From the NCBI GenBank assembly GCA_001822655.1, contig MHRX01000010.1, positions 4,200-37,168 of the forward strand: a stretch of 32,969 bases of DNA, given 5' to 3'. The notes under the pieces were generated by a model. It was not told the DNA's origin. It saw only the letters and a list, made by a program, of their open reading frames with translations, and did no database searches. The first letter of the stretch is position 1. Each line of letters begins with the position of its first letter. Position numbers and translations under genes: made by a program. Origin of the DNA: Candidatus Taylorbacteria bacterium RIFCSPLOWO2_01_FULL_45_15b. Lineage in GTDB: Bacteria > Patescibacteriota > Minisyncoccia > Phycocordibacterales > 01-FULL-45-15b. This document shows positions 1 to 7,999 of the stretch, one piece after another.

Positions 1-8
1 TTGGGGCG

Positions 9-335
9 TTGTATGATCTGTACACTACCGTACTGAAAAGCGTGGAACTCTGGGATGTCGCGGCCTCTGCGCATCTAGCTGTTGTCTGTGCTATGAGGAA
101 TACGTCGCCGGTCGTCATTTTTCAGAAGCTTTTTGCGAATGGCACATATATTGAGAGCGATGACTCGCTTCATGGGTGGCTTCTCGAAAAAGCAATCTCG
201 CGTCTCAATGCAGGGCAGGCCTCAAAAATACTGACGTGGCTGGAGGATGAATTTGGCGAAGGTTGGCGTGGGGGAGATGCATGTTTGCAGATTCGACGAG
301 TTATAAAAATTGCTTCCGCGCTTTTTAGAAAATAG
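9..335 (+). CDS. hypothetical protein, probably 5'-truncated by the window edge
   Basis: The ORF starts at TTG in the track, but the frame stays open back to nt 3. A clean hairpin terminator follows it. I recognise no family motif. Confidence 0.4.
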   Translation: MYDLYTTVLKSVELWDVAASAHLAVVCAMRNTSPVVIFQKLFANGTYIESDDSLHGWLLEKAISRLNAGQASKILTWLEDEFGEGWRGGDACLQIRRVIKIASALFRK

Positions 336-353
336 CACATATCATATCAAATC

Positions 354-379
354 CCGCAGACTGTTCTGCGGCTTTTTTT
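354..379 (+). terminator. rho-independent terminator, possibly bidirectional
   Basis: Stem CCGCAGA (354-360), loop CTGT, stem TCTGCGG (365-371), then C plus T7 (373-379). It sits between convergent genes, and the T-run overlaps the priA stop codon. Confidence 0.6.
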
Positions 380-2285
380 ATAAAAGTGAATCAGGATCCA
401 CCTCTATATTTGCGTGTGGCGGCAATGACCGCAAAATTTTTGCAATCTCGTCTCTTGGCCAGCGTTTAGCATCAAGACGCAAAACCGCGTTCATCGAAAA
501 AGAGCCTTTTGGAGCTCTTATATATGAAGGGAATACATCCAACTCCTCTTCGGGGAGCATTTTCTTGAGATGCGCCATATCCTCGGCAATTCTCTCCTTC
601 GCTCCGGTAAAGACAATTTTAATTATTACTTTGAAAGGGGGAAAACCGACGAGTTTTCGTATTTCGATTTCGCTCCGTACAAATTCCGCCAAATTGCCGC
701 TCGTGGCGTATGCAAAGACGGGCTCGTCCGGTCGGCGGGTCTGAACAATAAAACGTTTTTCGGCAAGCGTCCTTAAATCAATAATCGTGCGCAATATCTT
801 TTCGTTCATTCGGAAATCTGGTATTGAAAAAAGAGAGTCAATTGTCGCAACGAGGATGTTTGAAATAGGGCGGTCAAGATACAAGAGCGCCATTTCTGTT
901 CCGATAAGAATTGAGCCCGGTGTTGTGTAAAAAGACTCGGCAAGCGCGAGCGCTCGCGCATGAGATGGCGCCTTGTCCTTATCCATGACAAATAAAGTAA
1001 CATGAGGAAATAGCTTTTTTATCTCCTCCTTCACGCGGTCAACGCCGATACCGAGCGCTATCAATTTCCAACTGCCGCAATGACTGCAGAGTTCGTCCGC
1101 AGAACGTTTCTCACCGCAACTTAGGCACAGAAAAAAGTTTTCTCGCACTCCAGAATGCAGAACGACCGATCTGCCACATGTCTTGCAAACGACAATGTTT
1201 CCGCAATCGCCGCAGACTGTAGTCGGTGAAAGGCCTTTCCGTGCGGCAAGAATAAAAAAGTTCTCATTTGATACCCTGTTTTCCTCCACAAGTTTTATAG
1301 CTTCCTCGGAAAAAACAGCGAACCGCTTCGGCGTTGACTTGTATGTGCGCATATCTGTCACTTCCGTAAACGCCCTGGTCAAAGAGCGCTGTTTTAAGGG
1401 TGCCAATTCGAAAGCCTCTCCGTTCATATGACGATTTGAGGTTTCTACGCGAAGTAAACTGTCCCCGAGAATCAACTTTGCGCCGATTTCCTTCGCATAC
1501 TGTTCGGCGACAAAGCGGACATCAACAACGGGACGACCGATAGTCTTATATGAACGAGAATTCTCTCGATCAACGACAATTGCGCCGATATCTTTGCGAG
1601 GCATGTGAAGAAAAGCGCCGGTCGCTATGATGAGAACGGGGTGATGTGTTGTAAGAGCTTTCTTATAGACTATCGAAGCCCCTTTGGCGGATGCGCCTCC
1701 GTGCAAAACAAATGTATATTCCTCAATCCCTTTCTCTAGAATCTTCGAGGCCTTATGAATATCCTGAACTGTCGGAAGACAGAAAAAAACCGAATTTCGC
1801 TTGGCAAATTCTTCCCTGATGAGGCTCTTGTAATGAGTATATCTGTCGTCGGTTGGGCCCTGTGTTACATATATATCATGTCGTGACCGTGCGGCATGGT
1901 CAGAATTTTTATCCGCAAGAGATACGGCATCGCTATCGGCAATTGTCGGCAAAAGCGTGCGAATGACCGGACCAAGAGGCGCGACGTAGTAAGCCGCTGT
2001 CCTCTCAACAGCCCGAAGGAATTCGCTCCTAAAATAGCCCTTCGCGGAAAGAGGTACAAGCTTTTTCATCTCATAGGGCAGTGACTTTATTTCGCCTTTG
2101 GTGGCAGATACGGGCCTAATGCGAGCCACGACTCCGAAGAGTTTCTTTTTGCGAAGGGGTATTTCGACCAGTGATCCTGTCGGAATATTATCAGAGCAAA
2201 AATAGGACAACTCGTCCTTTTGAGCACCCTTGGAAAAAGGAATAACATCAACTATGTACATAAGAGATAGTGCAATAGTATTCAA
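378..2285 (-). CDS. priA: primosomal protein N' (PriA)-like; helicase core motifs degenerate
   Basis: 635 aa with overall PriA layout. It has the cysteine-rich Zn-binding insertion CGDCGNIVVCKTCG...CLSCG...CSHCG and a PriA-like C-terminus (VGFPPF). The Walker A position reads TQGPTDDRYT and the DExH position reads DREN. Confidence 0.8.
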   Translation of the reverse strand: MNTIALSLMYIVDVIPFSKGAQKDELSYFCSDNIPTGSLVEIPLRKKKLFGVVARIRPVSATKGEIKSLPYEMKKLVPLSAKGYFRSEFLRAVERTAAYYVAPLGPVIRTLLPTIADSDAVSLADKNSDHAARSRHDIYVTQGPTDDRYTHYKSLIREEFAKRNSVFFCLPTVQDIHKASKILEKGIEEYTFVLHGGASAKGASIVYKKALTTHHPVLIIATGAFLHMPRKDIGAIVVDRENSRSYKTIGRPVVDVRFVAEQYAKEIGAKLILGDSLLRVETSNRHMNGEAFELAPLKQRSLTRAFTEVTDMRTYKSTPKRFAVFSEEAIKLVEENRVSNENFFILAARKGLSPTTVCGDCGNIVVCKTCGRSVVLHSGVRENFFLCLSCGEKRSADELCSHCGSWKLIALGIGVDRVKEEIKKLFPHVTLFVMDKDKAPSHARALALAESFYTTPGSILIGTEMALLYLDRPISNILVATIDSLFSIPDFRMNEKILRTIIDLRTLAEKRFIVQTRRPDEPVFAYATSGNLAEFVRSEIEIRKLVGFPPFKVIIKIVFTGAKERIAEDMAHLKKMLPEEELDVFPSYIRAPKGSFSMNAVLRLDAKRWPRDEIAKILRSLPPHANIEVDPDSLL

Positions 2286-2372
2286 TGCCGAGTATTGTGT
2301 CTACGCCCTGAAAATCTTTTTTTGACCGCTAGATGATGTATAATGACAACTTAAATAAAAAAAACACTCCTT

Positions 2373-3674
2373 ATGAATCCTCCTCACAAAGAATCATTTA
2401 TTATCCAAGGACTCGACGGTCAAAAAAAACTGGACGGTGAAATATCCATCGAGGGAGCAAAAAATGCAATCTTGCCTCTGATCGCGGCGGCAATCGCCGT
2501 GGAAGGGATATCATCCTTTACCAATGTTCCGGAAATAGAAGACGTCTCACGAATGGAGGAAATACTGGCGGCGCTTGGAGTTAAAGCGGTTCACCGAAAT
2601 AATGCAATGACCATCGACCCGTCGGGCTTTACCGGAACGAGATTGCCTCGAGACATCGCAAAGAGAATGCGCGCCTCGGTCTTTCTAACCGGACCAATTC
2701 TCGCAAAAAAGGGAAGAGTGGATTTTCCTCACCCCGGCGGTTGCGTCATTGGCGCGCGCCCAATTGATATTTTTGTGGACGGTTTTCAGAGAATGGGCGC
2801 GGCATTTACGGAAAACGATGAGTTCTACTCCTTCGCCGCAAAAGGCCGACTACGGGGCGCATCAATATTTCTAAAAATCCCAAGCGTTTCGGCAACGGAA
2901 ACATTCATGATTGCGGCAAGTCTTGCCGACGGCAGAACGACGATTAAAAATTCCGCAATGGAGCCGGAGATCGATGTTTTGGCGCGATACCTGCGCTCAT
3001 GCGGCGCTAATATTTTCGGCGAAGGGTCGCCGACGATTGTGATCGAGGGAGTCGAATCATTGCAATCGCCAAAGGAACCATTTAACAATATCCCCGACAG
3101 AATTGAGGCGGGCAGTTTTCTCATTCTGGGAGCGCTTGCGGCAAAAAATCTGACGCTAAAAAACGTGGAGCCGAAACATCTCGAAGCGGTCATCTTTGCT
3201 CTCCAAGACTCGGGCGTACCAATTAGTGTGGGCGACGATACTATTTCGATTTCCGACAATGAAACTCCGAACAATGAATTTAAAAGCTTTAATATCAAGA
3301 CGCATGAGTATCCCGGTTTCCCGACTGATCTTCAAGCTCCATCCGTGATTTTTTTGACACAGGCAACCGGCGAGAGCGTTATATTTGAAACGATTTTTGA
3401 GGGACGCTTAAATTTCACTGAAGACATCGTCCGCATGGGAGCAGATATCAAACTGTGGGATGCTCACCGCGCAACCGTCAGGGGTCCGACTCATCTGAAG
3501 GGCCGTGAGCTCGAGGGACCGGACATCCGTGCGGGACTTGCGTTCGTCATAGCGGGACTTATTGCAAAAGGGGAGTCAACAATCAGAAATGTATACTACA
3601 TTGATAGGGGATACGAAAAAATTGAAACAAGACTCTCGAAGCTCGGCGCATCGATACAGAGAGTGAGCGAATAA
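2373..3674 (+). CDS. murA: UDP-N-acetylglucosamine 1-carboxyvinyltransferase
   Basis: 433 aa. It has the MurA N-terminus (ISIEGAKNAILPLIAA), the active-site Cys loop HPGGCVIGARPID, the C-terminal motif PGFPTDLQAP and the ending YIDRGYEKIE. Confidence 0.95.
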   Translation: MNPPHKESFIIQGLDGQKKLDGEISIEGAKNAILPLIAAAIAVEGISSFTNVPEIEDVSRMEEILAALGVKAVHRNNAMTIDPSGFTGTRLPRDIAKRMRASVFLTGPILAKKGRVDFPHPGGCVIGARPIDIFVDGFQRMGAAFTENDEFYSFAAKGRLRGASIFLKIPSVSATETFMIAASLADGRTTIKNSAMEPEIDVLARYLRSCGANIFGEGSPTIVIEGVESLQSPKEPFNNIPDRIEAGSFLILGALAAKNLTLKNVEPKHLEAVIFALQDSGVPISVGDDTISISDNETPNNEFKSFNIKTHEYPGFPTDLQAPSVIFLTQATGESVIFETIFEGRLNFTEDIVRMGADIKLWDAHRATVRGPTHLKGRELEGPDIRAGLAFVIAGLIAKGESTIRNVYYIDRGYEKIETRLSKLGASIQRVSE

Positions 3675-3682
3675 TTCGATTA

Positions 3683-3705
3683 TCAAAAAACGGCCTGATG
3701 CCGTT
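3683..3705 (-). terminator. rho-independent terminator for the 149-aa minus-strand ORF
   Basis: On the minus strand: AACGGC, loop ATCAG, GCCGTT, followed by TTTTTT (plus-strand A-run 3685-3690). Confidence 0.55.
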
Positions 3706-3755
3706 ATGTGAGGAATATCGATTGCGGGTGGGGAATAACTGCGGACCATTGTCGG

Positions 3756-4205
3756 CTAGTCTCGAGATACATTGTAATAATCTTTCGAATATTTTTTTTC
3801 GAAAATTTTCTCTGCACACCGCAGGAATCGTCCCAGAAACTCCGGGTCGGAAATCTGAACATCGTTCATGTACAGACTCATGCCTTTCACAGCAGGACCA
3901 TTAGGCTCCAACCTCTCAATCGCCTGAATTACTCCGACCGTCGCCGCTTGGCAACCCGTCTCTTTCATCATGGCAAGTACAGTCAGTCGCCTTGATTCAT
4001 GTAACATCACCGTTAACGAAAAGACAATATCACCGACACGCGCAAGTGCAGTGGCTTGCCCAATCGACCAGTCCAGATTTAGAAGACCATTGAGCATAAC
4101 CCGGGCAACGGCATGGAACCTCTGAACTACCTCGGCATTGTTTTTGTTCCACTCCCACGCAAACACAGAAAGGCGATTGAAAAGATCTCTTTCGCTGGCA
4201 TTCAT
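3756..4205 (-). CDS. hypothetical protein
   Basis: A 149-aa ORF with its own terminator, divergent from mreB. No recognisable motif. Confidence 0.45.
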   Translation of the reverse strand: MNASERDLFNRLSVFAWEWNKNNAEVVQRFHAVARVMLNGLLNLDWSIGQATALARVGDIVFSLTVMLHESRRLTVLAMMKETGCQAATVGVIQAIERLEPNGPAVKGMSLYMNDVQISDPEFLGRFLRCAEKIFEKKYSKDYYNVSRD

Positions 4206-4297
4206 TTATAATTTCCTTTCCACGGGCAACAGTATCACTATGCGACAGGGCTGTCAAGTATCCCCGACAAGAAGAAACAACTACAATTCATTTAATT

Positions 4298-5311
4298 ATG
4301 TCTATCTGGACAAGAAAGTTGGGAATCGATCTCGGCACAGCAAACACGCTCGTTTTTTTGCCGGGAAAGGGAATTGTGCTAAATGAGCCGTCAGTTGTAG
4401 CAGTATCGCAACAAGACAATAAAATCCTCGCGGTCGGCCTTGAGGCAAAAAACATGATCGGCAAAACTCCTGAAAATATAATCGCCTACCGACCAATGAA
4501 AGATGGCGTCATAGCGGACTATCGCGTTACCGAAGCCATGCTCCGCTATTACATGACGAAGGCTCTCGGACGATTCAACATATGGCGACCTGAAGTCATG
4601 GTTTCTGTTCCCGCCGGCGTTACTTCAACCGAGCGACGCGCCGTCATAGAAGCGGCAATAAAAGCCGGAGCTAAAAACGCGTATGTGGTGAAGGAACCGA
4701 TTCTCGCGGCCATCGGAGCGGGGATTCCGATTCACGAAGCGAGGGGACATATGATCGTGGACATCGGCGGAGGGACGACGGACGTTGCTGTGATCTCACT
4801 CGGGGGCATCGTCGCTTCCACTTCAGTTAAATGCGCGGGAAACAGAATCGACGCCGCCATCGCGGACTACATTAAAAAAACTTTCAATCTCGCAATTGGA
4901 GACAAAATGGCGGAGGATATAAAAATCCAGGTGGGATCCGCCGTTCCGCTCGAAGAAGAACTTTCGATGATCATAAAAGGAAGAGATTTTATTACGGGAC
5001 TTCCACGTACAGCGGAAGTGCGGACAAACGAGATAGTGAAATCCATAGCAAAAGAACTTCGAGAAATGATAAAAGCGATTAAAGATGTTCTCCAAGAAAC
5101 ACTTCCTGAACTTTCGGCGGATATTATAGACAATGGCATCATTATGACGGGTGGTTCCTCTCTACTTCGTAATTTTCCCGAACTTGTCTACCGAAGGACC
5201 GGAGTAAAAGCCGTGCTGGCGAAAGAGCCGCTTTACTGTGTCGCGCGAGGAACAGGCATCGCACTCGAACATTTGGATACTTACAAAAAAACTGTTATAG
5301 CGAAGAGATAG
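4298..5311 (+). CDS. mreB: rod shape-determining actin-like protein MreB (stand-alone paralogue)
   Basis: 337 aa. It has the phosphate-1 motif LGIDLGTANTLVF, NEPSVVA, the phosphate-2 motif VDIGGGTTDVAVISLGG and the adenosine motif IIMTGGSSLL. Confidence 0.9.
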   Translation: MSIWTRKLGIDLGTANTLVFLPGKGIVLNEPSVVAVSQQDNKILAVGLEAKNMIGKTPENIIAYRPMKDGVIADYRVTEAMLRYYMTKALGRFNIWRPEVMVSVPAGVTSTERRAVIEAAIKAGAKNAYVVKEPILAAIGAGIPIHEARGHMIVDIGGGTTDVAVISLGGIVASTSVKCAGNRIDAAIADYIKKTFNLAIGDKMAEDIKIQVGSAVPLEEELSMIIKGRDFITGLPRTAEVRTNEIVKSIAKELREMIKAIKDVLQETLPELSADIIDNGIIMTGGSSLLRNFPELVYRRTGVKAVLAKEPLYCVARGTGIALEHLDTYKKTVIAKR

Positions 5312-5650
5312 ATGGGCGCGGCTCACAGCTAGAAGTTATTTGTTACTGGTTGAAATAGCATCAGATAAGATGGGCGCGGGGTCATGAGCGATAGGTGTGA
5401 AAGGAAACAGATAAAGCATCGATTTCTAGCGGTCTTTTAAAAAAACTTTACATGGCGTAATAACTATGCCAAGCTGTAAAAAGTCCGAGGATTTGTCCCT
5501 CTGGATTTGCTTGCTTACCAAATCCTGACGGGTAAGCAAGCATAAAAATCACGGTTCAGGTCGAGCAGGATATCTGCCTAATCCTGCCGGTATAATGTGG
5601 CAGTATGCTTGCCATAGCCCGGGAAGAGCGATCTTCCCGGGCTAATTCTT
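5310..5650 (+). ncRNA. candidate structured non-coding RNA or long structured 3' UTR (unclassified)
   Basis: No ORF of 60 aa or more on either strand. The 12-mer AGATGGGCGCGG occurs twice (5310-5321, 5368-5379). There is a 12-bp hairpin at 5508-5542 whose loop AAATCC can pair with upstream GGATTT. A 7-bp hairpin lies at 5565-5587. A GC-rich 10-bp hairpin GCCCGGGAAG/CTTCCCGGGC lies at 5617-5642, followed by a weak T-rich tail. Confidence 0.3.
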
Positions 5651-5706
5651 TAAATTCAACTTGATTGTTTTTTTCCACCGAATAATTTTCACCCAATAAT
5701 CCCGAT

Positions 5707-5734
5707 AAAAGTGTACGATATATCGTACACTTTT
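5707..5734. repeat. 28-bp perfect palindrome AAAAGTGTACGATATATCGTACACTTTT
   Basis: Every position was checked for self-complementarity. The 14-bp core TACGATATATCGTA is identical to the palindrome at 25143-25170. It lies about 200 bp upstream of the ORF starting at 5939. Confidence 0.9.
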
Positions 5735-5938
5735 CGTGTATGGCTCATTTCCACTGTGAATGTTTCATTTCCTTGTCTATGAATTCTTCGCTAATAATCC
5801 TTCGCAAAGATTCCTTCGCAAAAAAGACTTCGTCCCATATTTTTTTTCGTAGTGCATGTTTTTTATATTAGCCGTGTAACAAAAAGAAAAAAACTTGAAA
5901 TATGTCTCGTATTTGGTAGTGTGAATCGAGGAGCTCTT

Positions 5939-6520
5939 ATGAAAAAAATTGATATTCCGTGGACGCTTTTTAACCGTAAAGTCGATCATTCGTCAACTGA
6001 ACAGATGGCTGAAAAGGGGCGCAATATATGTATCGGGAAATTTGCCGCCGAAAGCTCATATTGGCTTCATGTTGCAACATATCGAGGGAGGGCCGACACG
6101 TTGGGACTGTTTATAGACAAAGGTTCTGCGATCGCTGACGAAACAGAGAAATGCTTGCTACATTTTCGCGCGACAATTGATGTATATCTTCACGGATGCT
6201 CATGGTGCCGCGGGAGAGGCTACCCCATAATTGACTCGATCACATTCCAAACGCCATTTCTCAACACCTCGCCAGTGTCCGGCTTTTCTTTGGATGCACC
6301 ATATTCGAAATACTTTCTGTTACTCCTACGGGAGGCTACGGAATTGGTCGAGAGAGCCGAAATACTCACTTACGAAGCAGATGTTTATCCTTTAGAGGAT
6401 TACTCTGCCGAGCCGAAAGAGCGACGCCTGCGAATTAAAGATCTTAATCAAAACAAATTTGGTTTTGAGGCCGTTCAATCATATTTGTTGAGTACGCCTA
6501 CAGGGGCAGCACTACCCTAA
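5939..6520 (+). CDS. hypothetical protein (one ankyrin-like repeat motif)
   Basis: The track ORF is 5852..6520. I prefer the internal ATG at 5939, which is preceded by GAGGAG with a 5-nt spacer. WLHVATYRGRADTLGLFIDKGSAI resembles an ankyrin repeat. A terminator lies directly after the stop codon. Confidence 0.5.
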   Translation: MKKIDIPWTLFNRKVDHSSTEQMAEKGRNICIGKFAAESSYWLHVATYRGRADTLGLFIDKGSAIADETEKCLLHFRATIDVYLHGCSWCRGRGYPIIDSITFQTPFLNTSPVSGFSLDAPYSKYFLLLLREATELVERAEILTYEADVYPLEDYSAEPKERRLRIKDLNQNKFGFEAVQSYLLSTPTGAALP

Positions 6521-6540
6521 GCGCATCTTGCGCTTTTTTA
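6519..6540 (+). terminator. rho-independent terminator
   Basis: AAGCGCA, loop TCT, TGCGCTT, followed by a T-run (to 6539). Confidence 0.7.
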
Positions 6541-6582
6541 TTTATAAAACACCAAAGCCCGAATTACTGTTATACTTTTTTT

Positions 6583-7224
6583 ATGAAAAATGACTTCGTT
6601 GTCCATCATGCATATTGCATAGAATCCAATCCCGAAGCAGGAAAAAACTATGCTCGCGACCATATCGCGAAGACCCACGGAGAGTCGTTTCTAAAAACAA
6701 GCCTGGTCGAACTCATCTACGAAACTCTCACGATCGACGGCGCGCGAAAACTAATTGCACTCCAGTCGAGAACACCGCTGTATGAAAAACAATTCTTTAT
6801 TACTCTAGCTTCCTCGCTTACTCGTGAGACGGAACATGCGCTTCTCAAAATGTTTGAGGACCCAACACCTAACACGCATCATTATTTAATAACACCCCGC
6901 ATTGGAGCACTGCTCCCGACGCTTCAGTCGCGACTGCACATTCTCGATATGGATCGCGATGAAAAAATTGTTTTTAAAAGCGCTGAAGCGGAGCAGTTTG
7001 CCCAATCAAATATTGGTGAACGGCTTGCTTTTACCAAAAAAATGGCAGACGCAATGGAAAAGAGCCAAATTCTAAGATTTCTCGACGAGCTCGAGGTACT
7101 TCTGTACACGAAAGGACTTTCAGACAAGCGCGCGCTCCAAAAAATAATGGACGCAAAAAAAATACTGCACTCCCGAGGTGCGAGCGTAAAAATGACTCTT
7201 GACGAAATTGCGCTTAGCGTATAA
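6583..7224 (+). CDS. holB: DNA polymerase III delta' subunit-like protein
   Basis: 213 aa. It has HHAYCIES at the N-terminus. The sensor and box region TEHALLKMFEDPTPNTHHYLITP...LLPTLQSRLHIL matches the AANALLKTLEEPP...TI.SRC pattern. There is no Walker A, as is usual for delta'. Confidence 0.6.
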   Translation: MKNDFVVHHAYCIESNPEAGKNYARDHIAKTHGESFLKTSLVELIYETLTIDGARKLIALQSRTPLYEKQFFITLASSLTRETEHALLKMFEDPTPNTHHYLITPRIGALLPTLQSRLHILDMDRDEKIVFKSAEAEQFAQSNIGERLAFTKKMADAMEKSQILRFLDELEVLLYTKGLSDKRALQKIMDAKKILHSRGASVKMTLDEIALSV

Positions 7225-7278
7225 AGGGAGTAGCGCGAATTGCGAGAAATCCCAGAAACCGATAGTATGGCATAACTG

Positions 7279-7827
7279 ATGTATAACTTTACAGAGACAA
7301 AAAAGCGTTTTTCGGGAATCGAAGAATGGTTAGGAAAAGAATACCTCGGACTAAGGTCCGGGCAGGCAACACCCTCCATTCTCGACGGCGTTATGATCGA
7401 ATCATACGGATCAAAACAGCCATTAAAACATGTTGCGGCAATTTCCATTGAGGATGCGAAGACATTGCGCATTGCACCGTGGGATGCGAGCCAAATTAAG
7501 GATATCGAGAAGGCGATTCTTGTATCAAATCTCGGTCTTTCGGCGCGACCGGATGATACGGGCGTTCGGGTTTCATTCCCCGAACTCACCGCGGAACGAC
7601 GGACTTCCATTATTAAGGTTGCCAAGGAAAAACTTGAGGAAGCAAAAATTTCCGTCCGCAAAGAGCGCGAGAAAACATTGAAAGACATCGATGCGAAAGA
7701 AAAAGAGGGAACAATTACAGAGGACGAGGTAAAAAGACTCAAAGCCGAGCTTCAAAAAATGGTGGATGCAGTCAATGCAAAGCTTGAGGAAAGCCGCGCG
7801 AGAAAGGAGAAGGAAATAGCGGGATAG
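7279..7827 (+). CDS. frr: ribosome recycling factor
   Basis: 182 aa. Typical Frr features: LRSGQATPSILDGVMIESYG, NLGLSARPDDTGVRVSFPELTAERR, and a charged coiled C-terminus. Confidence 0.95.
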   Translation: MYNFTETKKRFSGIEEWLGKEYLGLRSGQATPSILDGVMIESYGSKQPLKHVAAISIEDAKTLRIAPWDASQIKDIEKAILVSNLGLSARPDDTGVRVSFPELTAERRTSIIKVAKEKLEEAKISVRKEREKTLKDIDAKEKEGTITEDEVKRLKAELQKMVDAVNAKLEESRARKEKEIAG

Positions 7828-7996
7828 TATTTGGTATATGGTATGTAGTATTTAGTATAGAGTATAAAAATCGCTCAACACACTAGAGAAAATTTCTCTC
7901 GCAGAAATATAAAAATTTATTTCGATCGTCATTTTCAAATACTAAATACTAATTCCCCATACTACATACAACATACTAAATACTATATACTAATCC
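7828..7996. repeat. intergenic imperfect inverted repeat built from GTAT/ATAC words
   Basis: The left arm contains GTAGTATTTAGTAT (7845-7858). The reverse complement ATACTAAATACTA occurs twice in the right arm (7939-7951, 7973-7985). A small central hairpin GAGAA/TTCTC lies near 7885-7899. The element fills the whole frr-rseP spacer. Confidence 0.7.
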
Positions 7997-7999
7997 TCT

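Noticed and set aside
310-2084. Several track ORFs (310..744+, 570..776+, 806..1003-, 1183..1431+, 1865..2059-, 1896..2084+) lie inside the priA region.
   Set aside because: All overlap the 635-aa PriA ORF, either in antisense or in another frame, and PriA has clear family motifs. Their compositions are low-complexity and Arg/Ser-rich, as is typical of shadow ORFs.
5310-5650. Whether this structured region is RNase P RNA, tmRNA or SRP RNA.
   Set aside because: I looked for these signature strings: GAGGAAAGUCCGGGC and ACAGAA..GGCUUA (RNase P), the GGGG 5' end with a T-arm-like GGUUCGAAUCC 3' end and tag ORF (tmRNA), and GGAA-tetraloop/AGCAGCC domain IV (SRP). Only loose fragments are present (AAAGTCCGAGG, GTGAAAGG), and they are in the wrong order. 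I kept the region as an unclassified candidate instead.
6924-7742. A 272-aa minus-strand ORF.
   Set aside because: It runs antisense across the end of the holB-like gene and most of frr, both of which are well supported. It is extremely Ser-rich, which fits an antisense artefact of Glu/Lys-rich coding sequence.
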